The notes: generated from the letters alone by a model not told the origin. Positions 40,098 through 55,099 are shown, counted from the first letter of the stretch. The stretch is 64,000 nucleotides of DNA from Octopus vulgaris (GCA_951406725.2 OX597832.1:67828001-67892000), one strand, 5' to 3'. Made by a program: numbers and translations.

Positions 40098-42090
40098 AAC
40101 TTAGATATGTTTCAACCAAAGATTGGTCCAGGCCATGTCTAAAATTAATAGCACCACCTGACATGATTATCTAAATCCTGTTTAAGTCAAGTTTTGTTTA
40201 TGGTCCATTAAAGTAGTGAGATTTTGTTGGGTGAGTCGTATCCGTTTATGGGTGGCTTATCTGGTATTCGTCGAAGGAATCTATCCAGACTCCGTTTAAA
40301 GTTGATGGGATCCTTTTCCTCTTTGATCTCTTTCGGGACAATGTTAAATAGGGAAGGGCCTGTTGAGGAAAATAAATTATGTTGCAGTGTACCTATATGC
40401 TGTGATCCTGAATTGGGCAGAGGACGTATGGTCCGTGGTCCCAGTCTTGGATGAACCTTGAAGCTAATGTTCTGGTCGTTTGGGCAAAGTTGGCAGTATA
40501 TTTTCCACATCGTACAAATGATGTACCGCTCACGGTGGCGCTGGAGAGAGTAGAGTTTCAAGGCTTTCAGGCGGTCCCAATAATCGAGAGCAGCCATGCC
40601 TTCAATTCGTTTAGTGAGATCCCTCTGGGGTGATTCAATCCTCGAAATGCTTTGTCTTTTATGGGGAGACCACAGTGAGCAGCAGTATTCGAGGTGTGGC
40701 CGTACAAAGGAGGAGAAAATTGGTATGATGACACCTTGTTCTCTGGACCGCAAGGTTCGTAATATCCAGAAACTCATCCTACAAGCTATATCGACCTTAT
40801 TGTTGATGTGGGCACTCCAACTGAGATTGTCATCAACAATTACGCCCAGGTCTCTGATATTGTTAGAGGCTGTGAGCGGTTCCCCTGAAGGAAGAGTGTA
40901 TGGCTGTTTTAGTGTGGACTTTCTTCCAAAATGCATCAGCTCAAATTTTCCCTCGTTCAGTTGCATTTTGTTTCTGTCTACCCATTGACTCACAGAATAT
41001 AGATCACACTGGAGTTGAGTTTGGTCTGCTTCTTCATTGATGATTTGCTGGAGCTTAGTGTAATCAGCAAATATTTTCACTTTGCAGTAATGTACGACAC
41101 TGGAAAGCTCGTTTATATAAATTATAAAGAGGAGCGGGCCCAAGACAGTCCCCTGGGGGACACCGCTGGTGACTTTTGCTGAGCTTGAGTGGACTCCATC
41201 GACTACAACATGTGTTCTATTCGCCAGGAAATACTTAATCCAGTGTAGAAGTTTTCCACGGATTCCAACATTTGCCAATTTTGAGAGTAGGATAATATGG
41301 TCAACCCTGTCGAATGCTTTACTGAAGTCAAGATATATGACATCAGAGTTCGAACCTGTTCCCAAGGCTTTAAGTATATCTTCAATGTGGTGTAAGAGCT
41401 GTGTTAGACAGACCCTGCGACAGCGAAAACCATGCTCATTTGCATTTAGGAGTTTGTGGGTTTGCAGGAAGTCAGCTATCCTTGATCTTAACACTCTTTC
41501 AAACACTTTAATGATGTGGGAGGTGAGTGAGATTGGGCGATAGTTGACTGCGAGGGATCTGTTTCCCTGTTTGAAAACCGGGATGACAGACTGGGACAGA
41601 AGCTGTTTCGGTATATAACTTGAGTCTAACGAATATCTCCAGAGGTTGGTCAGAGGGATTGCAAGTTGGTGTCTACATTCCTTCAGGAGACTAGCGGGGA
41701 ATCTATCAGGGCCTACAGCAGAATAGTATTTAACCTCATTTATTGCTGCTATGATGTCAGAGGCAGTGAAGGTTATGTGTGAGATTTTATGTTCGGCATC
41801 AACTTCGTTCGCTTCTCTTACGTCAATATCAGTGGGAACACTAAAGACAGAGCAGTATTGTTTCTGCAGTATTTCTGCCATTTCTTTAGCATCGTGTTGG
41901 GGAATGCCGTCATCATCAATCAATGGCCCAACGGGTGAGACAGTGGTTCTATGCTTATTTGTATAAGAATAGAACACTTTTGGGTTCTGTTTGAGGCTTT
42001 TTATTACCCACTGTTCCTCCACAGCTCTTTGATTTTCAATGTAGGTTTTCATGTCGGTCTGCAGATGAAGTTTTTCCAACTCTAGCCTTT
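40098..42090 (-). mobile_element. 5'-truncated CR1-like LINE (RT portion, open frame 40208 to about 42090)
   Basis: GPD, NYRPISLTS, HGFR, LDFSKAFDRV, GVPQGTVLGPLLF, FADYTK, RDLGV, VRPHLEYC..WSP. No endonuclease domain. 3' end at (TA)n. Confidence 0.92.
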
Positions 42091-43689
42091 TCATTGTTGT
42101 TGAATGTGGATGTTGTATGCGGGAATATTTTAATTGGTTGATTTTTTTTATTGAGTCTATATAATATAGAATCCAATACAAAGAACCCCGTTTCTTTTAT
42201 AGGGATGGAAATATCCAATTTTTCACTGGTTTGCCGTTTTTAATACACAATATAGCAGAAAAAAACTTTTGCATAACACCAATTGGCATATGTTCAATGT
42301 ACACAATGAATAGAAAATGAAGATTTACGATTGTCATACTTCAATTTATTAACATAAAATTATATTACGATATTATATAATATAAATACAAATATTATAA
42401 TCCTACAAATTGTTTCGATTCAGACCCAATAATGAATTTGTGAAAAATTCATATTTATGGGTAAGAATCTCATCGTTGAAATATTTGTCAGAAATTAGAT
42501 GTATGACAATATGCAGATTGTTAGAAAATATAACAATAGTAAATCTCCACTTTTATTCCGCATCGCAAAGTTTCGATATATTTCTTGAGAAAAACCTTCG
42601 ACTTATTTTATTTCATTTTATTGTATTTTATAAACCCAATTTGGTCATTTAATTTATAGATAATTCAATATAGGGTGTTATATTTTGCATGTCTTTTCCC
42701 TAAATTTTTTATTATTATGCACTCAGCAATTATAAAAAAATAATGTTGGTTGTTATATACGTCAGATCCTAGACATGTTTTTATGTGAATATTTGTATTG
42801 GCATGCATAAGTATTCGTAAGCACGCGTAAGTGTGTAACTGAGCGTGTATGTTTGTACTTATTCACATACATACATGGATGTATAAGTATGCATGTATTC
42901 TCTTGGATTTGTGTGGATGTGTTTTTACATACTAGTCTCTATATATTTATATATATGTTTTTATATGTGTATTTAATGCTAATATACACTTTTATTCACA
43001 CATGTATACGTAATTATATTTTATAAAGTTCGTTACGCATAGTCAGACTTTTTTCTTTCTTCCTCCTTTTCGTTATTTTTCTCTCCCTATTCGTTACTTG
43101 TATAGAGTCCTGTAACTTTACGCTCCTCTCCCCTTCTCTTACTCACGTCTTTAGCTTTCTGTTGCTTATAAGATCGTTACCTTTTCTTTTCTTGCCCCTC
43201 TCTGCGTTTTACTTCTAGTTTATATGTATACATCAAGTGATTTTTGCATGCGAACAAGATTGCGTATACATGTGTGTACATGTATTTGTGTGTATATTTT
43301 CGTTTTCCCTTTATATGCCTGTATATGTAAGTGGTTTGTGTACATCTGTCTGTGTATTTTGATGTACGTATGTATATTGATGGTTTAGTATGAGCATATA
43401 CTATTGTGAAATATTGTAATATATTTTTATTTTATTTTTTATGTATTAATTGTATTAATCAAATAATATTTTCTATATAACTAATGACAATAGCTATTTG
43501 AATCAACTCTTCAATTTAAGGTTTTTCCTCGATTTTTATAATTTATATTGAACTCATTTATTTTATTTATTTTGTTTATCCCTTGCCTAAGACCGTTATT
43601 TGAAAGGACCAATGAAGCAGATCCATATTTAAAGGTGTATCCTTTAGCTAGTTTTCATCAAATTGTCATCTCGGTTCTATTTTAGCAAA

Positions 43690-43729
43690 GCTGTCCGACG
43701 AACGGGAACGTGAAACTCCGAGTAACAGC
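43690..43729 (+). ncRNA. Minimal hammerhead with U4C variant core
   Basis: gctgt CCGACGA acg ggaa cgt GAAA ctccgag TA acagc; about 100 nt upstream of a (TA)n tract. Confidence 0.7.
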
Positions 43730-43877
43730 ATTTGTTACATTGCTTCTGCTTTTAAATAAAGCATATTATTCTACCTCTGGTATTTGAGTACTCTTTTTTC
43801 CACCTTGTTTCACATTTATATGCTTACTCCGGTATATATGTATATATATGTATATATATATATATGTATACATATAA

Positions 43878-44063
<186 letters not shown>

Positions 44064-44274
44064 TTGGCCAATTTTCACTCTCTTACGACAACCCATAGTT
44101 TCTACCTCTAAGGAACTATTTTTCTAATGCGCATGGGAAAATTTTGGAGGGAAACTTTACGAATTCAACTGTCTATTTAGGTTTAGCCTATGCTCGCTTT
44201 CTTCCACTCTTTTGATGTCACCTGATCAGAAGGTCGAGATACGTAGCATTTGAGAAATCTATTTTAATGGAGAG

Positions 44275-44338
44275 TTGCGCTGATGAAAGATATGATATAT
44301 ATATTCATTATATTTATAATCCAGAAACATGTTCGCAA
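44275..44338 (+). ncRNA. Type I hammerhead motif with degenerate long stem II
   Basis: ttgcg CTGATGA aagat...atcca GAAA catg TT cgcaa; palindromic ACAUGU. Confidence 0.65.
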
Positions 44339-45663
44339 ATGACCGTTAGTCTTTGTTTTCGTTATTTATTCCTTCTTTTTGCATATGTGAATTACAGGGA
44401 TATGTCTATGTGGAGTCCCTTTTGTAGAAAATAAAAATAAACACTCTATGACTGCTATTTCTAATTTTTTCGGTATGATGCCAAGCAACCTGTTGCCTGC
44501 CCCTTTTATTTATAGACAACATATAGAAACTGAACTTTACAAAAGTTCCTACCGTTAATGGTTATATTTAAATGCCTGAAAACTACCAGTAAATAATTGT
44601 TGGTTTTTTTAAAAACCATTAAAGAAATTATTTACTCTAATTTATATATATAAATGTATATATATATATATGTGTATATACATGTATATATATATATATA
44701 TATGCATGTATATATATGTATATATATATATATATATATAAATATATATGTGTGTGTGTGTAAGTGTATATATATGTGTATATATATGTGTGTATAGATA
44801 TGTGTATATATATATATGTGTGTATATATATATATGTGTATATACATGTATATATATATATATGCATGTATATATATATGTATATATATGTAAATATATA
44901 TATATATGTATATAAATATGTGTGTATATATATATGTGTATATATATGTGTGTATATATATGCATATATATATATATATATATGTGTGTATAAATATATA
45001 TATATATGTATGTATGTATATGTATGCATATATATATATGTATTTATATATATATGTATATATATATGTATAAATATATATGTATGTTTATATATATATG
45101 TGTGTATATATATATGTATGTATATATTTATATGTATATATGCATATATATATATATATATATGTATGTATATATATATATGTATATATATATGTATATA
45201 TATATATATGTATGTATATGCATATGGTTAAATATATGTATGTATATATATGTGTATATATATATATGTATATGTATTTATATATGTGTGTATATATATA
45301 TGTATATATATATGTATATATATATATATGTATTAATATATATATGTATAAATATATATATGTATATTTATATAATGTTTATATCTATGTATATGTATAT
45401 ATGTATATATATGTATGTATATGTGTATATATATGTGTGTATATGTAGGTGTATGTATATATATATATATATATATATAAATGTGTATACGTATATGTAT
45501 ATATATATGTATATATGTGTGTATATGTATGCATGTATATATATATATATATATGTGTATGTGTATATGTATATATATTTATGTGTGTGTGTATGTATAT
45601 ATATGTGTGTATATATATGTATGTATATATATATGTATATATATATATATATATATATGCATG

Positions 45664-45732
<69 letters not shown>

Positions 45733-46292
45733 TATATCGCCGGCCGCTTTAATTTGAACCACATCGCACAGTTCTACTTATTAGCATTCAGATTCAGACC
45801 TGTTCTTGACTTTACGGCACACTGACAAACTCCATGTCTCGTCTTGTGCTAAGAAATACAGAGAATATATAGCTTACCTAGTTTTTGTTTAACGTTTCTC
45901 AATGTTAATCTTTTGCGAAATGAAATGCAGATACATTAAAATTAAAATTTGTAAAATACTAGCCTACACTTTCTTTAATTTTTAAATTTCATCTTTAATC
46001 ACTCAAAAATCAATATGCCAAGTTACTGTGGAATGAAAATACTACAATTTAATTTCTTTGATTTCTCTTTCCTTACCTCACAGTCAATTGTTATTATGGT
46101 TGGAGTCGAAACATCAAGGACATATAACACATTTAAGGGATGATAATGCATTAAATATTAGATATTTTAAAAGAGCACAGGCTTTGGGATTTTTTTTCTT
46201 ATTCAACTCCGTCTTTTTCCATTTACTAATTAGGAAATGTTGCTTTTATTGGGTTTCCACAAAGAAGCCAATATTTTGTTATCATTTTAGAA

Positions 46293-46405
46293 TATTCTTT
46301 TCTACTCTAGGCACAAGCCTGAAATTTTGAGGGAGGGAGCCAGTCGATTAGATCGACCCCAGTACGCAACTGATAGTTAATTTTGTGACCCCTAAAGAAT
46401 GAAAC
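46293..46405 (-). mobile_element. SINE 3' fragment (10666 family)
   Basis: ttttctactctaggcacaagcctgaaatttt...gatcgaccccagtacgcaactg. Confidence 0.65.
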
Positions 46406-46477
46406 GTGTTTACAAATGAGAACCAAACGCTCGAGTCGACTCCAAAGCATGCCACGTAATAGTTTCAAAACTGGCCA

Positions 46478-46526
<49 letters not shown>

Positions 46527-48211
46527 CGTTATTGCTTGGTTTCAAACAAATAGTTGTATCAGGAGATACTAACAATTTTCTCTTTAAATATTCATTTCTT
46601 CATTTCTTGAGTTATCCGTTCAGTATAAATGACCTGCAGCCAAATTTGCACACCATATTATTGCTCATTCTCAGCAAATAACTGAAAAAATAAAAGGGTG
46701 AAAATATGTAAAAATAGTGAATAAATAAAAGTATTCAACAGATATTCGGTGGTGTCAAGAGATCGATAAATATTGGGTGAGTTCTTGGTCTGCTACCAAC
46801 AACACCAATTTGCTGCAATGCCGAAAGAACTATTGAACACTTTAGTTGCTACATAATTAACTACGAATAAAACCAACATAATGGATATTAATAGCGGACA
46901 GACTTTCGGGTAATACTCCGGGTATATTATTTAGCGAACAAATGAAAGTTTCTGTGTTATTTCATGACCTAAAACCAAAAATAGAGCTTTACTAGCATAT
47001 TGTAAAAACTTCTGGTGCGTGCCGGTTACTTTCAGATTTACAAGTAACACTGAAAAATATATAACATCCAGGTAACCGCAGACCTTTTTGAAGTTGTCTT
47101 CTGCCCTGATAACATCTTACCAATTCTCTTTACATGATGTAGAACCATACGAAGGTACCTGTGTAACATCCATTTGCGCCATGCCATAATGAAATACATT
47201 CAATATTCAAATGCAATTAGAATGCCTATATTTCTACAGACTGACGCAAAATAGCAGAATCGTTTTTAAATATTCATATTTAGTAGGCCTTACGATTAAT
47301 CTCAGGGCATAGCATATGAGACAAATGTTTTTTAATATAGCCTGAGTTTGGCCCAAAGCTTTTTAGTGAAGATAAATACAAGGACACAGTGTCGAAGCAC
47401 GTAAGATACATTACATTATTATCTTGCTAAAAAAGTCTTGCATTAGCTCACAGTGTCACACCGACTTTCCTTTTACATTAAGTTAACGGTATAAATTTTC
47501 AGAAAAGACTTTTGCCTAATGAATTGCAAGAATTCCAAGGTTAATAACGTTTAGACCAGTTACAGGATTTTCCTGTATGACTAGTGTCTTACATCCTGTT
47601 TAAGACGGGAGCATTACATGAAGAGGGTGTGTTGCATGAATGCGGACAATTAGCTGGCTGCAAGACGTAATTAAACTATACACTACGCAGTATTGATTCA
47701 AACACTGTCATTTCTACTACGACCTTGAAGAAAACAAAAACACCTATAAAAATAAGAATTCCGAGTCGATAACAATGTTGGTAATTCTGAAAATAAGGAA
47801 GAATAGTCGAACAATTACATTATATTTATTTATTAATGTTTACTTCCAGGTAGCGATTTCATTTTTTTCTCTCTCTCACTCCTTCTCTTTTTTATTTTCT
47901 CAGTCAGAATTAAATTTCCAAATACAAAATCGATTCTATGTCACCGAGATTTTAGAAGCTGAGTTTTGTTATGCAATTTCAACAAAACTATAGAAATTTT
48001 GAGACCTGTGAAAGACAAAAGAATGTCAAATGTTGAGTGGGTGTATTTATCGTTATTTTTACATTTTTTCATTATTTATTTGTCTTTTGTTATTACCATA
48101 TAATGTGCTGTGTTGTTTTGAAGCAACGTAGGGTAAAAAATATTAATAAATATCTATGTTGAGGGCAGTAAACAATACGTCGGATCCTAATTTCGATACG
48201 TGTGGAAGATA

Positions 48212-48351
48212 TTAGGTTGTCCCAAAAGTTCGTAAACACTAGCGAAAATTGAATTTTTACTCGCCAAGTACTAAAAAAACAACAAAAATTATTCCTCAAA
48301 ATAAAGACCATTATTTTCCAAGACTTTCTACGAACTTTTGGGACAACCTTA
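48212..48351. mobile_element. Mariner-type MITE, about 140 bp, TA target duplication
   Basis: TA-ttaggttgtcccaaaagttcgta ... tacgaacttttgggacaacctta-TA. Confidence 0.85.
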
Positions 48352-48489
48352 TAGTAACGTTTATCACAATTGTAGTGAAGATATACAAACGTAGTGCCAG
48401 ACTTTAACTCAATCAGTAATCTAGTTAGTGATAAGAATAATTAACATTATTAACAATAAGGATGATAATAATTATATAACAAAATCGAT

Positions 48490-48860
48490 GTATCGATACC
48501 AACAGATGACAACGTTTGTCTAAAAGAAACGGAGAAACTTTCAAAATACAAGAATCTGGAAATAGAGGTAAGTCGAATGTGGAACCTAAAACAGAAACAA
48601 TTCCTATTACAGTAGGCGCATTACGTATGATAAAAAAACATTCAAGCAAATGCATGACAAAAGCACCAGGACTTACAAGTGTATATAATTTACAGAAAAT
48701 AGTACGACTAGGCATCGCATACATCCTACGTAAAACGATTTCAATGCAGTAAGAGCATCACAACAAGCAAAGAGCATACCCAAGTCACACAGAGCGGCGC
48801 TGGGCAGTGCAGTGAAATCACGTGATAAAAGAAAAACTATTGAATAAAACTAATGCTACT
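48490..48860 (+). mobile_element. Older 3' fragment of the Dong/R4-type LINE
   Basis: Similar to 53500-53853 (KTETIPITVGAL.MIKK, and the 3' UTR). Confidence 0.8.
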
Positions 48861-49069
48861 ATTAATAATGATGATTATAATAGAGCAGATACTACAATCG
48901 TAGAGAAGGAAAAGTGAAGTTCCTTACTTATCGATCCATCATGCCCGTTTGATCCTAGCATCATAAAGTAAGAGGAAGAAAAAACACAATCCTTTAAAAT
49001 TAGAAAGAGAGAGAATTTGGATCGTGCAAACAGTAAACGTTACACCTATAATAGTGCGTTGGTAACAGA

Positions 49070-49458
49070 AGGGTTAGTCGATTGCATCGGCCCCAGCGCT
49101 AGACTGGTACTTATTTCATCGAACCCTAAAGGATGAAAAACAAAGTCTATCTCGGCTGAATTTGAACTTAGAGTCTGCCATCTGTAGCCCGATGTCAGGA
49201 TTTTTTTTACAGCAGTCTAATCTGCTGAGTGTATATGAAAATAATATTTTCTACTATAGGCACAAGGGCTGAACTTTTGGAGGAGGGAATTAGCCGATTA
49301 CATCGACCCCAGTGTTCTACTGGTACTTAATTTATTAACCTCGAAAGGATGAAAGGCATAGTGGACCTGCGAGTTATCAGAAATCAGAACGTAGTGACAG
49401 CCAAAACGCCGCTAAGCATTTCGCTCAGCGTTTTAACGTTTCTGCCAGCTCACCATCT
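49070..49458 (-). mobile_element. Two SINE fragments (10666 family)
   Basis: ctggtactta...aggatgaaa occurs twice. Confidence 0.7.
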
Positions 49459-49465
49459 TACTACT

Positions 49466-49541
<76 letters not shown>

Positions 49542-49659
49542 TCAATAACAATGATGATAATAATAATGGAAAATAAGAAAGTATTATCTATCTGCGGTCC
49601 TTGTGACTTGACAGATGACTAAAGATTCCGGTGCATTTTTGCCTACACTGGTGTTACGA

Positions 49660-49727
<68 letters not shown>

Positions 49728-49757
49728 TAATAATGATAATAATAATAATAATAATAA

Positions 49758-52700
49758 GAGATTACACCGGGGACGTTAAACATGTGAGAGCGATAAAACA
49801 GTGCTCCGAAATTTATCCACAAACATCGGAAACAAAGACAACGCCTGGAGCTAAAAAATAACTGACAAAGGATTGGACAATATCCGAGTAAGTAATACTC
49901 ATTGAAATTTATTATTCTTTTCAAAACGAAATGAAGTATTTTAACTCGATATCATCTCCACCTGTAACACAACACATGTAAACATGCTTGATACATTACG
50001 ATCCATCAACACCAGATCATCTCCGGCCCCAAACACCATGTACAAAAAAACTACGAATAAATTAAATAATACCGGTATTATTCAACCCAAGAATAACAAT
50101 CGGGAAGTACGTACTGTAAATTTACAACATAAAATGTACGAAAAACTACACGTGCGAAATAATGTGACAACAGAAATGAACGGACCGGTACCCTACGAAA
50201 ATGACGACCGTCAAAATAATGGGTCGGACGTTGTTCCTCATGTCCCGCAAATAAAACCCAAAAGACATAAATGGACACGTGAGGAATACATTTCTATCCT
50301 ACACGCTTACTTTACAGCAGTGCTCTACTCAAAGAATGAAAATACAACAACACATACATACAAAATATGGAAGAAAAATAACATAAATAAAGACCTGGAT
50401 ACAACAATGAACCCTAATAAACTAGCAAATATACGGAGATATATTCTCAACGCAAAAAAGATATCAGAAATAGAAATAGAACATTTAAAAGAAAAAATAC
50501 ATCAGGAAAATGTAGATAGAAGCCACACAACAATGCCAAATAATATAAACACTGAAACAGTAAAACACGAAGACAAACGTAACATTTCTAACAAAAACGA
50601 TGAAAACAAAAAACAACAAACCCAGACCGTAAGGATACATAATAATACACGACAAACAGCAAGCCAAAAACACGACAAACAAATATACGGAAAAGATAGA
50701 AAGCGACACAAATCTAAAACCTGGAAACAACGAAGGGGAGCCTAATGATTATGAAACTATAAAAAGTAGAATATTCAAAGAACTGAAAACCACAGAGCGC
50801 AAAATGGACCATCGACCAAAAATCAAAATAGACAAAACAACAACACCAATTATAAACAACATATAACTAGCCGTCACGGAATTAATAGCCACTGAAACAA
50901 AAAGCGATATCACTGAGCTAAATTACTTAGTATACGCAACAGCCACTGCAGCCACAAAAGAAGCTGGATACTCACTCAAACACATTCAAACAGGAGTACG
51001 ACCACCCAAACAAACCCTGTGGATAAATAACATCCCAAACAAAATACAAAAATGAGAAAAGATCTGTCGATTCTTAATGAAATCAGTAGACAATCAAAAG
51101 AAAAATACTCCGCAAATACAACACCACAGAAAAAGATTTACCCGAGATAAAAGAAAAGCTGAAGCAAGATATACTTGCCAAAGCACAAAGGATCCGCCGG
51201 TACGAGAAACGCCAAAGTTTCTTTGAACAAAATTAAAAGTTCAACTCCAACACCAAAAAGTTCTACCAATAACTTGGCAAAAATAAAATAGAAATCACTG
51301 CAGCACCAACGGCAGAAGAAGTGGAAGAATTCTGGAGAGAAATATGGTCGGCGAACGAACAACCAAAAAAACGGAGTATCAAAACAACAAACTCAGCATC
51401 TGAGCAACTTTGGACCCCCATAACAACTGAAGAGGTCACCCAGGCACTGCAAAGACTAAGCAACTGGAAGGCACCTGGGCATGACAAGATCCCCAACTTC
51501 TGGTTGAAATATCTAACAGGAATGCATAAAAAGCTGGCTGAAAATTTTAACAACATACTTTCAGAGCCAGAGACAACGCCTGAATGGCTCACGAAGGGGA
51601 AAACCATCTTAATTCCCAAATCAAATGAGACAGCAAAACCAGAAAAGTACAGACCTATAACCTGTCTCCCTACAACGTACAAAGCATTTACTGCAGTAAT
51701 ATCGCAAAGACTGAACAAGCACCTGGACGAAAACAACCTGTTTCCAGAAGAGCAGAAAGGATGCCGCAAAGGCTCATATGGCTGTAAAGATCAAGTAATG
51801 AACAATAAAGCCATAACTAAAGACAGCCACAGAAAGAAGAAAGGCCTCAGTATGGCCTGGATCGACTACAAAAAGGCGTTTGATAGCATCCCCCACACAT
51901 GGATTCTCTAAACACTAGCCATGAACAAAGTTGCACCAACAATTACAAAGTACATAGGACATTCTATGAATAATGGCAAACAGTGCTACAGCTCCAAACA
52001 AAAGAGGGACTCGTGAAAACCAAAGCCATCCCCATTAGAAGAGAAATATTCCAGGGAGATACGCTCTCTCCGCTCCTTTTAAGCTTGGCACTGTCACCTC
52101 TATCGGATATGCTAAACAGAACTGGATGCGGATATAAATGTTACGGCAAAAAGATCAGCCACCTTTTATATATGGATGACCTAAAACTATACGCTACAAA
52201 TGACAACAGCTGGAAACACTACTAAATACAGTTCATGGATTTACCAAAGAAATAGATATGAAATTTGGAATAGAGAAATGCGCCAAAGTAACTCTGAAAA
52301 GAGGAAAACTAGTTAAGAGTAGCAACATCACACTAGATAAAACCAATGAAATAAAATAATTAAACCAAAGCCAAACTTACAAATACTTAGGAATCCATGA
52401 ACTAGATAAGACACAACACACACAAATGAAAGAGAAAATAAAAAAAGAATATTATAGACGAGTTAGATCAATACTAAAAACAGAGCTCAATGCTAAAAAC
52501 AAGATAATAGGTATCAACACTTTAGCCGTCCCAGTTATAAGTTACAGCTACAATATCCTTAACTGGACACTAAATGAACTGACCAAAATAGATAGGAAAA
52601 TAAGAAAAATAATGACAGGATCTAGGTTACATCACCCAAAATCTGACATAGAAAGGCTATATATACAATGTATAGATGGTGGTAGAGGCCTTATACAGCT

Positions 52701-53851
52701 GGAAAACTACTATAAAATAACCACAATAGGACTGCAAAAATATCTACTTCAGAAGGAAAGAAAACTGATACAAATAGCGGCAAAATACGAGCAAAACAAG
52801 GAACTGTTCTCAGTATTTAAGGAAGCTGACAAATACAAACAAGAAAGCATACCACCTAGCATATATGCAGAAGAAGAAGAAGAAGAAGAAGAAGAAGAAG
52901 AAGAAGAAGAAGAAGAAGAAGAAGAAAAGCTATAAAACATATGAAATCCAAACTAAAAATAGAAGAGCAACGAACCATGATAAAACGATGGCAAGAAAAG
53001 CCCCTTCATGGCAAATACTGGACTAAACTAAATGCAAAAGAAATAGACAAAGAAAAATCCCAACAATGGATGAGAAGCTCAGGACTGAAAGCAGAGACAG
53101 AAGGATTTTTATTTGCAGCGCAAGACCAAAGCCTCAACACCAGAAATTACCAAAAACATGTAATGAAAAGAAATATAACAAGTAACAGCAGAATATGTGG
53201 AGATGGACAAGAAACAATAAATCATATTATCTCTGGCTGCCCAGTCCTGGCTAAGAAGGAATATATTCACAGACACGACAGAGTTGGGACCTATATACAT
53301 TGGAAACTATGCCAACATTATGGAATAACAACAGAAAAAAGATGGTATAGGCACACACCAGAAACGGTCACAGAAAACGAGAAAGCAACCATACTCTGGG
53401 ATATGCCGATACACACAGATAGAGAAATTAAGGCTAACAGACCAGATATAGTTGTCAGAGATCATGAAGAAAAAAAATGTTTTCTAATTGTTGTATCATT
53501 ACTAGCGGATGACAACGTATCTCTAAAAGAAATGGAGAAACTTTCAAAATACCAAGACCTGGAAATAGAGATAACCAGAATGTGGAATCTAAAAACAGAA
53601 CCAATTCCCATCATAATAGGTGCATTAGGCATGATAAAAAAAATATTCAGACAAATATATAACAAAAACACCAGGACTTACAAACACATATAACATACAG
53701 AAAATTGCACTACTAGGCACTGCACACATCCTACGCAGAACACTTTCCATACAATAACCATCAGAGCATCACAACAAATCACAGCACATACCCAAGGCAC
53801 ACAGAGCTGCGCTCGGTAGTGAAGTGAAAGCACGATATAAAAAATATACTA

Positions 53852-53853
<2 letters not shown>
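49758..53853 (+). mobile_element. Near full-length Dong/R4-clade non-LTR retrotransposon (RT plus restriction-like endonuclease), disrupted by stops and frameshifts, in (TAA)n
   Basis: KAPGHDKIPNFWLK, YRPITCL, EEQKG, DYKKAFDS, FQGDTLSPLL, HLLYMDDLKLY, RICG..QETINHIISGC, RHD, RPDIVV, K..KY..L. (TAA)n on both sides. Confidence 0.93.
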
Positions 53854-53927
<74 letters not shown>

Positions 53928-54030
53928 GAAGAAGAAGAAGAAGAAGAAGAAGAAGAAGAAGAAGAAGAAGAAGAAGAAGAAGAAGAAGAAGAAGAAGAAG
54001 AAGAAGAAGAAGAAGAAGAAGAAGAGGAAG

Positions 54031-54985
54031 AAATACAAACAAGAAATCATACCACCTAATAAACACGAAGAAGAAGATGATGAAGAAACAACAAAAGCTA
54101 TAAAACAAATGAAATCCAAACTAAAAATAGAACAACAACGAACCATGATAAAACGATGGCAAGAAAAGCCCCTTCATGGTAAATACTGCACTAAACTAAA
54201 CGCAAAAGAAATAGACAAAGAAAAATCCCAGCAATGTTTGAGAAGCTCAGGACTCAAAGCAGAAACAGAGGGATTTTTAATTGCAGCACATGACCAAAGC
54301 CTCCCCACCAGAAATTACCAAAAACATGTAATGAAAAGAAATATTATAAGTAACTGCAGAATATGTGGAGATGGACAAGAAACAATAAATCATATTATCT
54401 CTGGCTGCCCAGTCCTGGCTAAGAAGGAATATATTCACAGACATGACAGAGTTGGAACCTACATACATTGGAAACTATGCCAACATTATGGAATAACAAC
54501 AGAAAAAAGATGGTATAGGCACACACCAGAAAAGGTCACAGAAAACGAGAAAGCAACCATACTGTGGGATATGCCGATACACACAGATAGAGAAATTAAG
54601 GCCAACAGAGCAGATATAGTTGTCAGAGATCATGAAGAAAAAAAATGCTTTCTAATAGATGTATCAATATCGGCAGATGACAACATGTCTCTAAAAGAAA
54701 TGGAGAAACTCTCAAAATACAAAGACCTGGAAATAGAGATAACTAGAATGTGGAATCTGAAAACAGAAACAATTCCTATCATAGTAGGTGCATTAGGCAT
54801 GATAAAAAAATATTCAGACAAATACATAACAAAAACACCAGGACTTACAAACACATATAACATACAGAAAATTGCACTTTCCATACAATAACCATCAGAG
54901 CATCACAACAAATCACGGCACATACCCAAGGCACACAGAGCTGCGCTCGGTAGTGAAGTGAAAGCACGATATAAAAAATATACTA

Positions 54986-54988
<3 letters not shown>
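54031..54988 (+). mobile_element. 5'-truncated second Dong copy (zinc knuckle plus endonuclease, ORF 54109-54891)
   Basis: Highly similar to 52831-53853; followed by (AAT/AAC)n. Confidence 0.93.
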
Positions 54989-55032
<44 letters not shown>

Positions 55033-55035
55033 CAC

Positions 55036-55095
<60 letters not shown>

Positions 55096-55099
55096 CAAC

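Noticed and set aside
42090-42181. N-terminus of the 657-aa ORF
   Set aside because: AT-rich flank read in frame beyond the LINE truncation point; not LINE-like.
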